Shown piece by piece: positions 38,862 through 51,856 of a stretch of 64,000 nucleotides of DNA. This DNA comes from Felis catus (lineage: Eukaryota). Every line of letters begins with the position of its first letter. Position 1 is the first letter of the stretch. The stretch is from positions 212,724,001 through 212,788,000 of the forward strand of contig NC_058368.1 of NCBI RefSeq assembly GCF_018350175.1, read 5' to 3'. The translations under genes were made by a program, and so were the position numbers. The notes beneath the pieces were generated by a model. That model saw only the letters and a program-made list of their open reading frames with translations. It did no database searches and was not told the DNA's origin.

Positions 38862-39090
38862 TTTTTTTATTTTTTTATTTATTTTTTTTAACGTTTATTT
38901 ACTTTTGCGACAGAGAGAGACAGAGCATGAACGGGGGAGGGGCAGAGAGAGAGGGAGACACAGAATCAGAAACAGGCTCCAGACTCTGAGCCATCAACCC
39001 AGAGCCTGACGCGGGGCTCGAACTCACGGACCGCAAGATCATGACCTGGCTGAAGTCGGACGCTTAACCGACTGCGCCACCCAGGCGCCC
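38862..39090 (-). mobile_element. Young CpG-rich felid SINE (SINEC_Fc)
   Basis: Antisense ggggcgcctgggtggcgcagtcggttaagcgtccgacttcagccagg. Confidence 0.97.
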
Positions 39091-40387
39091 CTATTTTTTT
39101 ATTTTTTAAATAAACTCTAGTATGGCCTTTAATTATAAGTGCTGTATATTTCTGTTCTTCACTGTTCTAATTCAGTAGGATTAATTCCAAGTAAACTAGT
39201 ACAGATTTAGGGTTTTTACTCTATTTTTTGAAACGTTTACACTACTCATTTTTTTAAATAAATGCATATATTTTTCTGATTATAAAGGAAATATGTCCCT
39301 TGGTGTAAATAAATTTAATGTGAGATAACCACTACTCACGTTTAAATGTGCTTTTCTTTTGTTGTGTTCCATAGTTGAGATCATGCTGCATACTCAAGTT
39401 TTCTTCACCCTTTTAAACATAACATTATAGCATAAGCATTTTCTGACATTATTTGAACCACTTTCTAATACAGGATATGCTTGATAATTATTACTACTTT
39501 ATTTTTTAATTTGTCAAATAATTCTATCAACTTTCTGCTGATAATTATCTTCCTGTTACATCAATTAATAAATCAATGTCTGTCAAGAGCTTTTTTTTCA
39601 AGTTTCATGTTAATAAAAGTTGGATAACATTTGTTCAAAATAATAAGCAGATTATGAGTAACTTGAGGGCAAGAATAATATTTCCTCCATCTTTGAATTA
39701 TCCACAGTGCCAGCATATAATAGAAATTGAATAGACACTTGCAGATTGAATGAATGAATTAAGGCCTTTAGATAATATTTCCAGGAATCAAGACTTGAGA
39801 GGTAGGTGGCTAGACCTTGCCTTCTGGAAATAGCATGGACTGTGCTGAGGACCCTCAAGCAAAAGTAGAATAATTTTTAGGCTAGTTCTCTCCTGCTCTG
39901 AATTTGTAAGCCACCTTTTAACACCAGCATGAACTGTATATACATTGACACTGCTCAACAAATTTTGCTTAAAGATTTTACAGGTTCTAGCCACAAATTT
40001 TCTAGTTTTTTAACTAGTTATTACTAAATATAATTTGGAATGCATGACTTTTGATGTGCCTTTGTATTATGCCAATTGGTTATTGATTCAATATCATGGA
40101 AGCCTTTTAGAACAGGAATTCAAGATACTTTAGAGATTCTTTATTCATGCAGTTACTAAACCTTAAAACATTTAGAGCCAGAGAAGACCTGAGTGATCAT
40201 CTATTTCAAGATCTCTTTTCAGAAAAGAGGAAGGTAACCAACTGATTTTCCAAGGCGTTCCAGCTAACCAAACTGATGTATCAGCATTTTGACTTCCATT
40301 TTTATGTTCTTTATGTGACAATATACTGCCTCATGTGGTTCTATTCTGTGGTTCATTAAGAGCAACACATGTTGAAGAAATATTTCC

Positions 40388-40609
40388 ATTTTTTTTTTAA
40401 TTTTTTTTTTCAACGTTTATTTATTTTTGGGAGAGAGACAGAGCATGAACGGGCAAGGGGCAGAGAGAGAGGGAGACACAGAATCGGAAACAGGCTCCAG
40501 GCTCTGAGCCATCAGCCCAGAGCCCGATGCGGGGCTCGAACTCACGGACCGCGAGATCATGACCTGGCTGAAGTCGGAGGCTTAACTGACTGCGCCACCC
40601 AGGCGCCCC
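40388..40609 (-). mobile_element. Young felid SINE (SINEC_Fc)
   Basis: TSD gaaatatttccattttt at 40377 and 40610. Confidence 0.97.
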
Positions 40610-40759
40610 GAAATATTTCCATTTTTGACAAAATTACTAAGGAGATCAGGATACTATGTATATATGTTATGTATCTCGACTTAAGCAAAACATTTGACAA
40701 AGTATTTATCTTTGTGCTTATATAAGACCAGTATAAACTGGATGCTGGGACAATTAATA

Positions 40760-42784
40760 TTTTTTTTCAATATGAAGTTGATTGTCAAATTGGTTTCCAT
40801 ACAACACCCAGTGCTCATCCCAAAAGGTGCCCTCCTCAATACCCATCACCCACACTCCCCTCCCTCCCACCCCCCATCAATCCTCAGTTTGTTCTCAGTT
40901 TTTAAGAGTCTCTTATGCTTTGGTTCTCTTCCACTCTAACCTCTTTTTTTTTTCCCTTCCCCTCCCCCATGGGTTTCTGTTAAGTTTCTCAGGATCCACA
41001 TAAGAGTGAAACCATATGGTATCTGTCTTTCTCTGTATGGCTCATTTCACTTAGCATCACACTCTCCAGTTCCATCCACGTTGCTACAAAGGGCCATCTT
41101 TCATTCTTTCTCATTGCCACGTAGTACTCCATTGTGTATATAAACCACAATTTCTTTATCCATTCATCAGTTGATGGACATTTAGGCTCTTTCCACAATT
41201 TGGCTATTGTTGAGAGTGCTGCTATGAACATTGAGGTACAAGTGCCCCTATGCATCAGCACTCCCGTATCCCTTGGGTAAATTCCTAGCAGTGCTATTGC
41301 TGGGTCATAGGGTAGGTCTATTTTTAATTTTTTGAGGAACCTCCACACTGTTTTCCAGAGTGGCTGCAGCAATTTGCATTCCCACCAACAGTGCAAGAGG
41401 GTTCCTGTTTCTCCACATCCTCTCCAGCATCTATAGTCTCCTGATTTGTTCATTTTGGCCACTCTGACTGGCGTGAGGTGATATCTGAGTGCGGTTTTGA
41501 TTTGTATTTCCCTGATGAGGAGCGACGCTGAACATCTTTTCATGTGCCTGTTGGCCATCTAGATGTCTTCTTTAGAGAAGTGTCTATTCATGTTTTCTGC
41601 CCATTTCTTCACTGGGTTATTTGTTTTTTGGGTGTGGAGTTTGGTGAACTCTTTATAGATTTTGGATACTAGCCCTTTGTCCGATATGTCATTTGCAAAT
41701 ACCTTTTCCCATTCTGTTGGTTGCCTTTTAGTTTTGTTGTTGTTTCCTTTGCTGTGCAGAAGCTTTTTATCTTCATAAGGTCCCAGTAGTTCATTTTTAC
41801 TTTTAATTCCTTTGCCTTTGGGGATGTGTCAAGTAAGAAATTGCTACGGCTGAGGTCAGAGAGGTCTTTTCCTGCTTTCTCCTCTAGGGTTTTAATGGTT
41901 TCCTGTCTCACATTCAGGTCCTTTATCCATTTTGAGTTTATTTTTTGTGAATGGTGTAAGAAAGTGGTCTAGTTTCAATCTTCTGCATGTTGCTGTCCAG
42001 TTCTCCCAGCACCATTTGTTAAAGAGACTGTCTTTTTTCCATTGGATATTCTTTCCTGCTTTGTCAAAGATTAGTTGGCCATACGTTTGTGGGTCTAGTT
42101 CTGGGGTTTCTATTCTATTCCATTGGTCTATGTGTCTGTTTTTGTGCCAATACCATGTTGTCTTGATGATTACAGCTTTGTAGTAGAGGCTAAAAGCCAT
42201 TTATGAAAAGCCCATAGCTAACATCATCCTCAATGAGGAAAAACTGAGAGCTTTTTCCCTGAGATCAGGAACAAGACAGGGATGTCCACTCTCACCGCTG
42301 TTGTTTAACATAGTGTTGGAAGTTCTAGCATCAGCAATCAGACAACAAAAGGAAATCAAAGGCATCAAAATTGGCAAAGATGAAGTTAAGCTTTCACTTT
42401 TTCAGATGACATGATATTATACATGGAAAATCCGATAGACTCCACCAGAAGTCTGCTAGAACTGATACATGAATTTAGCAAAGTTGCAGGATACAAAATC
42501 AATCTACAGAAATCAGTTGCATTCTTATACAGTAATAATGAAGCAACAGAAAGACAAAGAAACTGATCCTATTCACAATTGCACCAAGAAGCATAAAATA
42601 CCTAGGAATAAATCTAACCAAAGATGTAAAAGCTCTGTATGCTGAAAACTATAGAAAGCTTATAAAGGAAATTGAAGAAGATATAAAGAAATGGAAAAAC
42701 ATTCCGTGCTCATGGATTGGAAGAATAAATATTGTCAAAATGTCAATACTACCCAAAGCTATCTACACATTCAATGCAATCCCA
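40760..42784 (-). mobile_element. Young felid L1 with a 5' inversion (40760-42193 antisense, 42194-42784 sense ORF2)
   Basis: ORF2 C-terminal 189-aa ORF on the minus strand; inverted RT segment; TSD aattaa(t/c)atttttt at ~40752 and ~42788. Confidence 0.95.
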
Positions 42785-42907
42785 GAGAATTAACATTTTT
42801 TAGTGATTTGTTTTATTTCTTGACCTCGTGAGAAATAATATGGGTGCATAAATATGCATAAAGCATGAAGGTGTAGCATAATGGGTTATTATAAAATAGA
42901 GATGTGT

Positions 42908-43305
42908 TATTTGTTTTTCAGGTGTGAAGTTTGGTGAGCTCTTTATAGATTTTGGATACTAGCCCTTTGTCCGATATGTCATTTGCAAATATCTTTTCCC
43001 ATTCCGTTGGTTGCCTTTTAGTTTTGTTGGTTGTTTCCTTTGCTGTGCAGAAGCTTTCTATCTTCAGGAGGGGAAGGAAAACAAAAAAAAAAAAAAAGAG
43101 GTTAGAGTGGGAGAGAGCCAAAGCATAAGAGACTGTTAAAAACTGAGAACAAACTGAGGGTTGATGGGGGGTGGGAGGGAGGAGAGGGTGGGTGATGGGT
43201 ATTGAGGAGGGCACCTTTTGGGATGAGCACTGGGTGTTGTATGGAAACCAATTTGACAATAAATTTCATATATCAAAAAAAAATAAAAAAATAAAAATAA
43301 ATAAG
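42908..43305 (+). mobile_element. Short young felid L1 with a 5' inversion
   Basis: 42908-43065 is an antisense ORF2 piece, then the sense 3' UTR and poly-A; 17-bp TSD ataaaatagagatgtgt at 42891-42907 and 43306-43322. Confidence 0.95.
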
Positions 43306-43971
43306 ATAAAATAGAGATGTGTGTAACCACCAACCAGATCAAGAAATAAAACATTATTAATTCTAAATTAAGGCTATTATGAATAATGGCTGGGTTTTTT
43401 TTCATGCATCCTATATATCCATTTCTGTTGAAGACACAATACATTATGACCTATCAGTTCTGCTTCTAGGATCATAATGTGTCTGCATCCTCAATTTTAG
43501 TAGATAGTGATTAATTTTCCAAATTGGTTGTATCAGTTTGCACTCTCACTCGTTATATATGAGATTTCCCATGAGCAGTTTTCCCTTTAGGGTTATTATT
43601 TTTTGCATACTATTTAAGAAATCTCTTCCTACTCTGAAAATGTTTGCTGGAATTAATTTCTATAATCTTTATTGTTTTGCTTATCACCTGGTTTCGTTTT
43701 TGTATATGGTATGGTACAAGATCAGATTTCTTCTTTTCCATATGAACATTCAGTCTCAACACCAGTAGTGAAGATTGTGCTTTCCTCAGTGCTTTGCAAT
43801 ACTACCTTTTGCATAAGTTAAATCTCTTTACCTGGGTCTCTTATGATCTGTTTATCTCTTCTGACAATAATACACTGACAGATACAGCTTCAGTAATGGT
43901 AAAATAAGTCTTAACTTCCTGGCTTTCTTCTCCAAAAATTCATTAGTTTTCTGGTCATGATGGAGTAACAG

Positions 43972-44130
43972 AGAAAAAGAGAGAGAGAGGGAGAGGGAGA
44001 AGGAGGGAAGGAAGGAAGGAAGGAAGGAAGGAAGGAAGGAAGGAAGGAAGGAAGGAAGGAAGGAAGGAGGGAGAGGTTGGGAAAGAGGGAAGGAAGGAGG
44101 GAGGAAACATGGAAGGAAGGGAGGGAGGAA
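43972..44130. repeat. (GGAA)n polypurine tract
   Basis: Seen directly. Confidence 0.97.
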
Positions 44131-44776
44131 TAGATACCCTCATAACTAACTCTGCCATCTCCATCCCATTATCAGAAATGCTCTAAAAAGATTTATGAAG
44201 GTAGACATTGTTAGTTTATGTAGTACTACTTCTGAAATCTTGAGTTCAGCACTTGTTAATTTTAGAATCTAAAAAATTCAACTCAACCCAGTAGTATTTG
44301 TTGAACATCTACTATGTACCCAACCTTGTAGTAGGTGTTGTAAGGGTTGAGAAGACAAAGTCCAAATCAAAATCAAAATATTCAGAACTCATTTATTCAT
44401 TATTTTTATTTTAAGCTTTGAACTATGGGGATTAAAAAGACCACTGAATTTCAGGTTTTACTATAATTTCTCCAGAAAAGACAACTAAATTCCTTTAAAT
44501 ACCTTAGGTCTAACAGAAGTTAACCCTTAATCCAATCGGGAATTTAAAACAAAATACCTGAACAAATACAAAAAGGAAAACAAAAGATCTGTCCCAACAA
44601 ACCACTGAAAATATTTAAGGAATACAGGACTCATGTACGTTGTCCAACGCTGAAAATGGATCACCACTGTTTATCAAAGCTGAAGCATTAAATCAATCAC
44701 ACAACTTTTGGTGGATATCTCAGTCATTCTTAGGACTGATTCTAACAGGCATAATTATCTATACTTAATCTTTTTA

Positions 44777-45210
44777 TTTTTTTTTAATTTATATATATAT
44801 GAAATTTATTCACAAATTGGTTTCCATACAACACCCAGTGCTCATCCCAAAAGGTGCCCTCCTCAATACCCATCACCCACCCTCCCCTCCCTCCCACCCC
44901 CCATCAACCCTCAGTTTGTTCTCAGTTTTTAACAGTCTCTTATGCTTTGGCTCTCTCCCACTCTAACCTCTTTTTTTTTTTTTCCTTCCCCTCCCCCATG
45001 GGTTCCTGTTAAGTTTCTCAGGATCCACATAAGAGTGAAACCATATGGTATCTGTCTTTCTCTGTATGGCTTATTTCACTTAGCATCACACTCTCCAGTT
45101 CCATCCACGTTGCTACAAAAGGCCATATTTCGTTTTTTCTCATTGCCACGTAGTACTCCATTGTGTATATAAACCACAATTTCTTTATCCATTCATCAGT
45201 TGATGGACAT
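44777..45210 (-). mobile_element. Young truncated felid L1 3' end
   Basis: 17-bp TSD tatacttaatcttttta at 44760-44776 and 45211-45227. Confidence 0.97.
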
Positions 45211-48200
45211 TATACTTAATCTTTTTAAATCTTTAGAAAATTTTTCTTTAAAAATAAATGTATCCCAGAATATTGATGTAGAAAGCAGATGGAAGTAAAG
45301 CTCCTCTGATTGATCAGTAAGACCTCCCCTCCAATCTGCCCCATCCTCTCTCTACCAGAACCTATAGCCTCTGAGTCATCTCCAGCACACCCTTGGGAGC
45401 CATGGATACCTAAAATGGATTACTAAAAGTGAATATTTTGCATCAGTAATGATTATCTAAACTACTAAAATAAAAACTAACCTTGATTTAGAAAATTGAG
45501 TTGGTTCTTCTATTTTGCTTCTAAATTGGTGCTGAGAACAGCACATGACTCCTAGTTCTATAGTAGAACTAGAAACTATCTAGAGAAAATAAGGAAATCA
45601 AGACGGTCCACTTGGGAAGGCTTTTGTCTCTCTGCCTATTTCTTACTCTAAGGAGCATCTATAGTCAGTCATCCTAAATCTCTGGTTAGAGTAGTCTATA
45701 AAACCATATCAGACAGAATAGAACTTCGTATCATTACATAACTCACATGTCACAAGGCAGACAGGAACTAAACTTTATATTGTCTTTCTTTACAGAATAA
45801 GAAAATTTCTGACCCTATCCCCCTGATTTCAGGGCTAATGATTTGATAGAGTGTAACTAAACCTAGGACAGCATGAAGAAGACCTTTACAAGGAGGCATT
45901 TCCTCTATATTCAGAACATATAAACCTGCATCCAGGCATAAAACCTGTTGGATAAGTTCTCCAAAGGAAGAGTAATCTTATTCTGGTTTCTCTCATCTCC
46001 CAATTTAAGGTAGGCCCCTCATCATTCCCTGGAGCTCTTCCTAAACCAGGGTGGTGGCGAAACTGAGAAAGCATTAACAAATATGTGTAGGAAGGGTAAA
46101 AAAAGTGAAGACAAATAGAAATAGATATTGCAACAAGGAACTGAAAAGGGCAAAGAATCAAGCAAGGCAGTTTGCTCACCCTCGGACATGTAGTGACTTC
46201 TCTTTTCTATGTGGTGCCTCATTCTCCCTTCATCCAGGTGGTGGCACTGGTGCTCTTTCTGCCTTATTTTGTGGGGCAGCATTCAGCTTGTCTCCCTAAA
46301 ATAGGAGGAACTCTTAAGAGCTAAATTGAAGAGAGGAGGAACACTTGACTGCCTATTATTGGGTCTATTAAAACAAAGCTTCCTGGAAGACCATTCCTTT
46401 GCAATACATTGCCTTAACAAGAATGTAATAATATGTGAGCAAGAGTAGAAAAAAAGAAAGGAATTGGAACTATAAATGGAATGTAGCCTATGGATGGAGC
46501 ACTCAGGGATAGAGCTGGGAGAGCTACTCTAGTTTTTTAAGGCAGTCTTAAAAATGATTGGATTAGATAGTTTATATCCTAAATTATGCATATTGTAGCC
46601 ACAAACACATAAGTCATTTTCTGTCATTCTCAAAAACTATATAAACTTCCCCATTCTGTTACTTTACATGGTGCCCAATTTTATGGACAGGACGAAAGAA
46701 AAGCATAAAGATAGGCAAGGTCACATAGCAAGTTGGTGATAAAGTTCTCTGGAGACCTGTACTGTGTGAGCAAAGACACTAGATGATAAAGACACAGCTG
46801 CATGACCATGCTAGACTCTCACTTGTAAGTTTTCCTCGTTAAGATAAGAAATTCTCTGACTATATCATAGGTGCTTTTGGACACATGCCTTGCAAATAAG
46901 CATTTTTATTTTTCTATGTGTTTCTAAAACATAAGACTCAAATATGGAAGTGGATCTAAATTACAAGGAGACCACCTCAGGCTGTCAAGTGGTCCTGGAA
47001 AAATGAGCACTAGTCTTGTTTATCAAGCAAATGTATTATTACATCATGGCCTATAAATAAAATAAATAGCATTTCTGAATATTTCTATTTGGGGATTCCT
47101 CAGTAAAGCTACAGAGAAAAGATTTCAAATGGGAACTATAGCAAAACATATCAAAACATTGGTGGTGGAGACATTGGTTTCTACTTCTTCCCTGGTCTCT
47201 ATCAGATTATGCAATTTGTGTAAGCCACTTAACTTTGCTATACCCCCAATTTCCTTCTCTGTAAAACAAATAACTTCAACTGGATTAATCTAGCCATCAT
47301 GCTTTTGAAACTCTCTTTGTAAGTAAATGTTCCTCCACCTGAAATTGCTCTAGCCAGAGTTGCTTCCTCAAAACAATTTATCCTAAAACTAAAATCTGTA
47401 TGGAAAAACACCAGGTTAGTTAGAAGTACCTGCCCACCTTGACTTTCTCTGTGGCTTTTCTCCATAGTATTTCAAGGCCACTGTAACACACTGTTGCAGT
47501 ATGTAAAACCTAATCATTGACCAGCAATGTCCATGGAGCTGTTATATTTCACAGGGCATCTTCCTTAAATACTCACCATTTCCATGACTATCCAGAACTC
47601 TATTGTTAGCTCCTAGTTTTTGCAGACAAAGAGAAAATAGGGTTAGAATAGACTGGGAATGAATGTCAGTCCCATGAATGAATGTCATGCAAGGTCCTAC
47701 CACCCAACTCAGGTAAGAATGATAAGAACTCACAGGGAAAGTGAAGGTACATGTTTCATTGGTAGCAAAAGTGTTTTGTTTTGTTTTGTTTTGCCATATA
47801 TTCATTAGTCTTGGATAGTACAATGCTAAGCTAACACGAGCTGTACTTTGTATGTGGTTGTGTTTTCTTTATAGGAGAAATTTTTGTGTCTGTAGAGGTT
47901 TTGAGTTGATCACAAAACAGTATTCATCCTAAATAAGGGAGCATACATATCTCAGGTTCTATCCTGGGTAATTGACATCATTCTGTTCATAGTGACATAA
48001 TATATTTGCCCCCTGCCACTTGGCTTTGTGCTCTCAGGAACCATGAGGTCCCTGACTAATGTTGCTTAATGTGCATCCTGCCTAATTTATTTTTTATTTA
48101 ATGAGAAGATCGGCAGGCAAAAGATATAATTCTGTTCTGACTTTCAGAAGTCCACATTTAACCAAAGGATTTGATCCAAATATGGTTGGATACTGATATA

Positions 48201-49979
48201 TCTGAAAAGCAAACCATTCGCATGAGCACAAGTGACTCAAGATATGTTGTTAATGACTATCTGATAAGAATTCTAAGGCACCTCTTTCTTGCAGACACTA
48301 TACTAAAAAGATATTTGACAGACTCTAAAAATTGCACTGATAAAGTAAAACTAAAGGGATATGTAAACTGTTATTGCTTGGAATTCACATACTAACACTG
48401 CCACATTCAACTTCCCGATTGGCCCCTTTTTTCTATTTTGCAAAATAAGCCATTTTCCATTAAGATGAAAAGTTATGTCTAAAAAATGTTACAACTAGTG
48501 TCAGAGAAATTATATTCTCTGCTCTCTTCTAGGATTTTTATAGTTTCTCACATTTAAGTCCTTAATCCATTTTAAATTTATTTTTGTGTATGGTGTAAGA
48601 AAGTGGTCTTGTTTCAGTCTTTTGCATGTAGGTCTCCAGTTTTCCCAACACTGTTGAAGAGACTGTCATTTTCCCATTGCGTATTCTTGCCTCCTTTCTC
48701 CAAGATTAATTGACCACATAATAGCGGGTTTAATTCTGGGCTTTCTGTTCTGTTCCATTGATCTATGTATGTGTATGTTTTGGCTAAAATTAAAAACTCA
48801 AGAAAGAACAGGTGTTTGTGAGGCTATGGAGAAGAGGAACCCTCATACATTGCCGGTAGGAATGCAAACTGGTGCAGCCACTGGGAAAGACGGTATGGAG
48901 GTTCCTCAAAAAATTAAAAAATAAAACTACCCTATGACCCAGTAATCAGACTACTGAGTATTTACCCAAAGAGTACAAAAACACGAATTTGAAAGGATAT
49001 GTACCTCCCTATGTTTATTGTAGCATTATTTACAATAGCCAAACTACAGAAGCAGCCCAAGTATCCATCGATAGAAGAACGAATAAAGAAGATGTGATAT
49101 CAGCAAAGGAAACAATCAACAAAACTAAAAGGCAACCAACAGAATGGGAAAAGGTATTTGCAAATGACATATCGGACAAAGGGCTAGTATCCAAAATCTA
49201 TAAAGAGTTCACCAAACTCCACACCCAAAAAACAAATAACCCAGTGAAGAAATGGGCAGAAAACATGAATAGACACTTCTCTAAAGAAGACATCTAGATG
49301 GCCAACAGGCACATGAAAAGATGCTCAACATCGCTCCTCATCAGGGAAATACAAATCAAAACCACACTCAGGTATCACCTCACGCCAGTCAGAGTGGCCA
49401 AAATGAACAAATCAGGAGACTATAGATGCTGGAGAGGATGTGGAGAAACAGGAACCCTCTTGCACTGTTGGTGGGAATGCAAATTGCTGCAGCCACTCTG
49501 GAAAACAGTGTGGAGGTTCCTCAAAAAATTAAAAATAGGCCTACCCTATGACCCAGCAATAGCACTGCTAGGAATTTACCCAAGGGATACGGGAGTGCTG
49601 ATGCATAGGGGCACTTGTACCCCAATGTTTACAGCATCAGTCTCAACAATAGCCAAATTGTGGAAAGAGCCTAAATGTCCATCAACTGATGAATGGATAA
49701 AGAAATTGTGGTTTATATACACAATGGAGTACTACGTGGCAATGAGAAAAAATGAAAGATGGCCCTTTGTAGCAACATGGATGGAACTGGAGAGTGTTAT
49801 GCTAAGTGAAATGAGCCATACAGAGAAAGACAGATACCATATGGTTTCACTCTTATGTGGATCCTGAGAAACTTAACAGAAACCCATGGGGGAGGAGAAG
49901 GAAAAAAAAAAAGAAAAAAAAAAGAGGTTAGAGTGGGAGAGAGAGCCAAAGCATAAGAGACTCTTAAAAACTGAGAACA

Positions 49980-50911
49980 GAGGAGGGGGAAGGAAGATGG
50001 CGGCGTAGGAGGACGCTGGGCTCACCGCGCGTCCTGCTGATCACTTAGATTCCACCTACAACTGCCTAAATAACCCAGAAAACCGCCAGAGGATTAGCAG
50101 AACGGAGTCGCCAGAGCCAAGCGCAGACGAGAGGCCCACGGAAGAGGGTAGGAAGGGCGGTGAGGCGGTGCGTGCTCCACGGACTGGCGGGAGGGAGCCG
50201 GGGCGGAGGGGTGGCTCGCCGGCCAAGCAGAGCCCCCGAGTGTGGCTGGCAAAAGCGGAGGGGCCTGACGGACTGTGTTCCGACAGCAAGCGCGACTTAG
50301 TGTCTGGGAGGTCATAAGTTAACAGCTCTGCTCAGAAAGCGGGAAGGCTGGAGGACAAAGGGAGGGAGAGCTGCTGATCCCCCGGACGACAGAGCTCAGC
50401 TTGGTGGGGAACAAAGGCGCTCGCCAGCGCCATTTCCCCCGCCCATCCCCCAGCCAAAATCCCAAAGAGAACCAGTTCCTGCCAGGGAACTTGCTCGCTC
50501 GGTGCAAACACCCAACTCTGCGCTTCTGCGGAGCCAAACCTCCGGCAGCGGATCTGACTCCCTCCCGCTGCCACAGGGCCCCTCCTGAACTGGATCACCT
50601 AAGGAGAAGGGAGCTAAGCCTGCCCCTCCTGCCCCTGTGCACCTTGCCTACCCACCCCAGCTAATAAGCCAGATCCCCAGAATCACAAGCCTGGCAGTGT
50701 GCAAGTAGCCCAGACAGGCCACGCCACCCCACAGTGAATCCCGCCCCTAGGAGAGGGGAAGAGAAGGCACACACAAGTCTGACTGTGGCCCCAGCGGTGG
50801 GCTGGGGGCAGACATCAGGTCTGACTGCGGCCCGGCCCACCAACTCCAGTTATACACCACAGCACAGGGGAAGTGCCCTGCAGGTCCTCACCACGCCAGG
50901 GACTATCCAAA
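49980..50911 (+). promoter_or_regulatory. L1 5' UTR internal promoter, CpG-rich, with a YY1-type motif AAGATGGCG at 49994-50002
   Basis: Highest-GC, CpG-dense stretch in the window; a YY1 motif near the 5' end is typical of mammalian L1 promoters. Confidence 0.8.
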
Positions 50912-51806
50912 ATGACCAAGCGGAAGAATTCCCCTCTGAAGAATCTCCAGGAAATAACAACAGCTAATGAGCTGATCAAAAAGGATTTAAATAATATAAC
51001 AGAAAGTGAATTTAGAATAATAGTCATAAAATTCATCGGTGGGCTTGAAAACAGTATACAGGACAGGAGAGAATCTCTTGCTACAGAGATCAAGGGACTA
51101 AGGAACAGTCACGAGGAGCTGAAAAACGCTTTAAACGAAATGCATAACAAAATGGAAACCACCACAGCTCGGCTTGAAGAGGCAGAGGAGAGAATAGGTG
51201 AACTAGAAGATAAAGTTATGGAAAAAGAGGAAGCTGAGAAAAAGAGAGATAAAAAAAATCCAGGAGTATGAGGGGAAAATTAGAGAACTAAGTGATACAC
51301 TAAAAAGAAATAATATACGCATAATTGGTATCCCAGAGGAGGAAGAGAGAGGGAAAGGTGCTGAAGGGGTACTTGAAGAAATAATAGCTGAGAACTTCCC
51401 TGAACTGGGGAAGGAAAAAGGCATTGAAATCCAAGAGGCACAGAGAACTCCCTTCACACGTTACTTGAATCGATCTTCTGTACAACATATCATAGGCAAA
51501 CTGGCAAAATACAAGGATAAAGAGAAAATCCTGAAAGCAGCAAGGGGTAAACGTGCCCTCACATATAAAGGGAGACCTATAAGACTCGTGACTGATCTCT
51601 CTTTTGAAACTTGGCAGACCAGAAAGAATTGGCACGAGATTTTCAGGGTGCTAGACAGAAAAAATATGCAGCCAAGAATCCTTTATCCAGCAAGTCTGTC
51701 ATTTAGAATAAAAGGAGAGATAAAGGTCTTCCCAAACAAACAAAAACTGAAGGAATTTGTCACCACTAAACCAGCCCTACAAGAGATCCTAAGGGGGACC
51801 CTGTGA
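50912..51806 (+). pseudogene. L1 ORF1p, disrupted by a +1 frameshift in the A8 run at 51251-51258
   Basis: MTKRKNSP..., coiled coil, NIRIIGIPEEEE, YPASLSF motifs; 895 nt = 298 codons + 1. Confidence 0.95.
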
Positions 51807-51856
51807 GACAAAGTCCCAGAGACATCACTACAAGCATAAAACATACAGACATCACA

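Noticed and set aside
38862..40609. tRNA-like A/B boxes as tRNA genes
   Set aside because: These are the tRNA-derived heads of CanSINEs, with CT tracts and A tails
31534..45572. Two short palindromes CTAGTTCT-n-AGAACTAG (31534-31550 and 45552-45572)
   Set aside because: Only 8-9-bp arms, 14 kb apart, with no shared flanks; compatible with chance
50056..51093. Antisense ORFs in the L1 5' UTR/ORF1 as an ORF0 equivalent
   Set aside because: ORF0 is described for primate L1s; these ORFs are expected by chance in GC-rich sequence or opposite a coding frame, and nothing independent supports them
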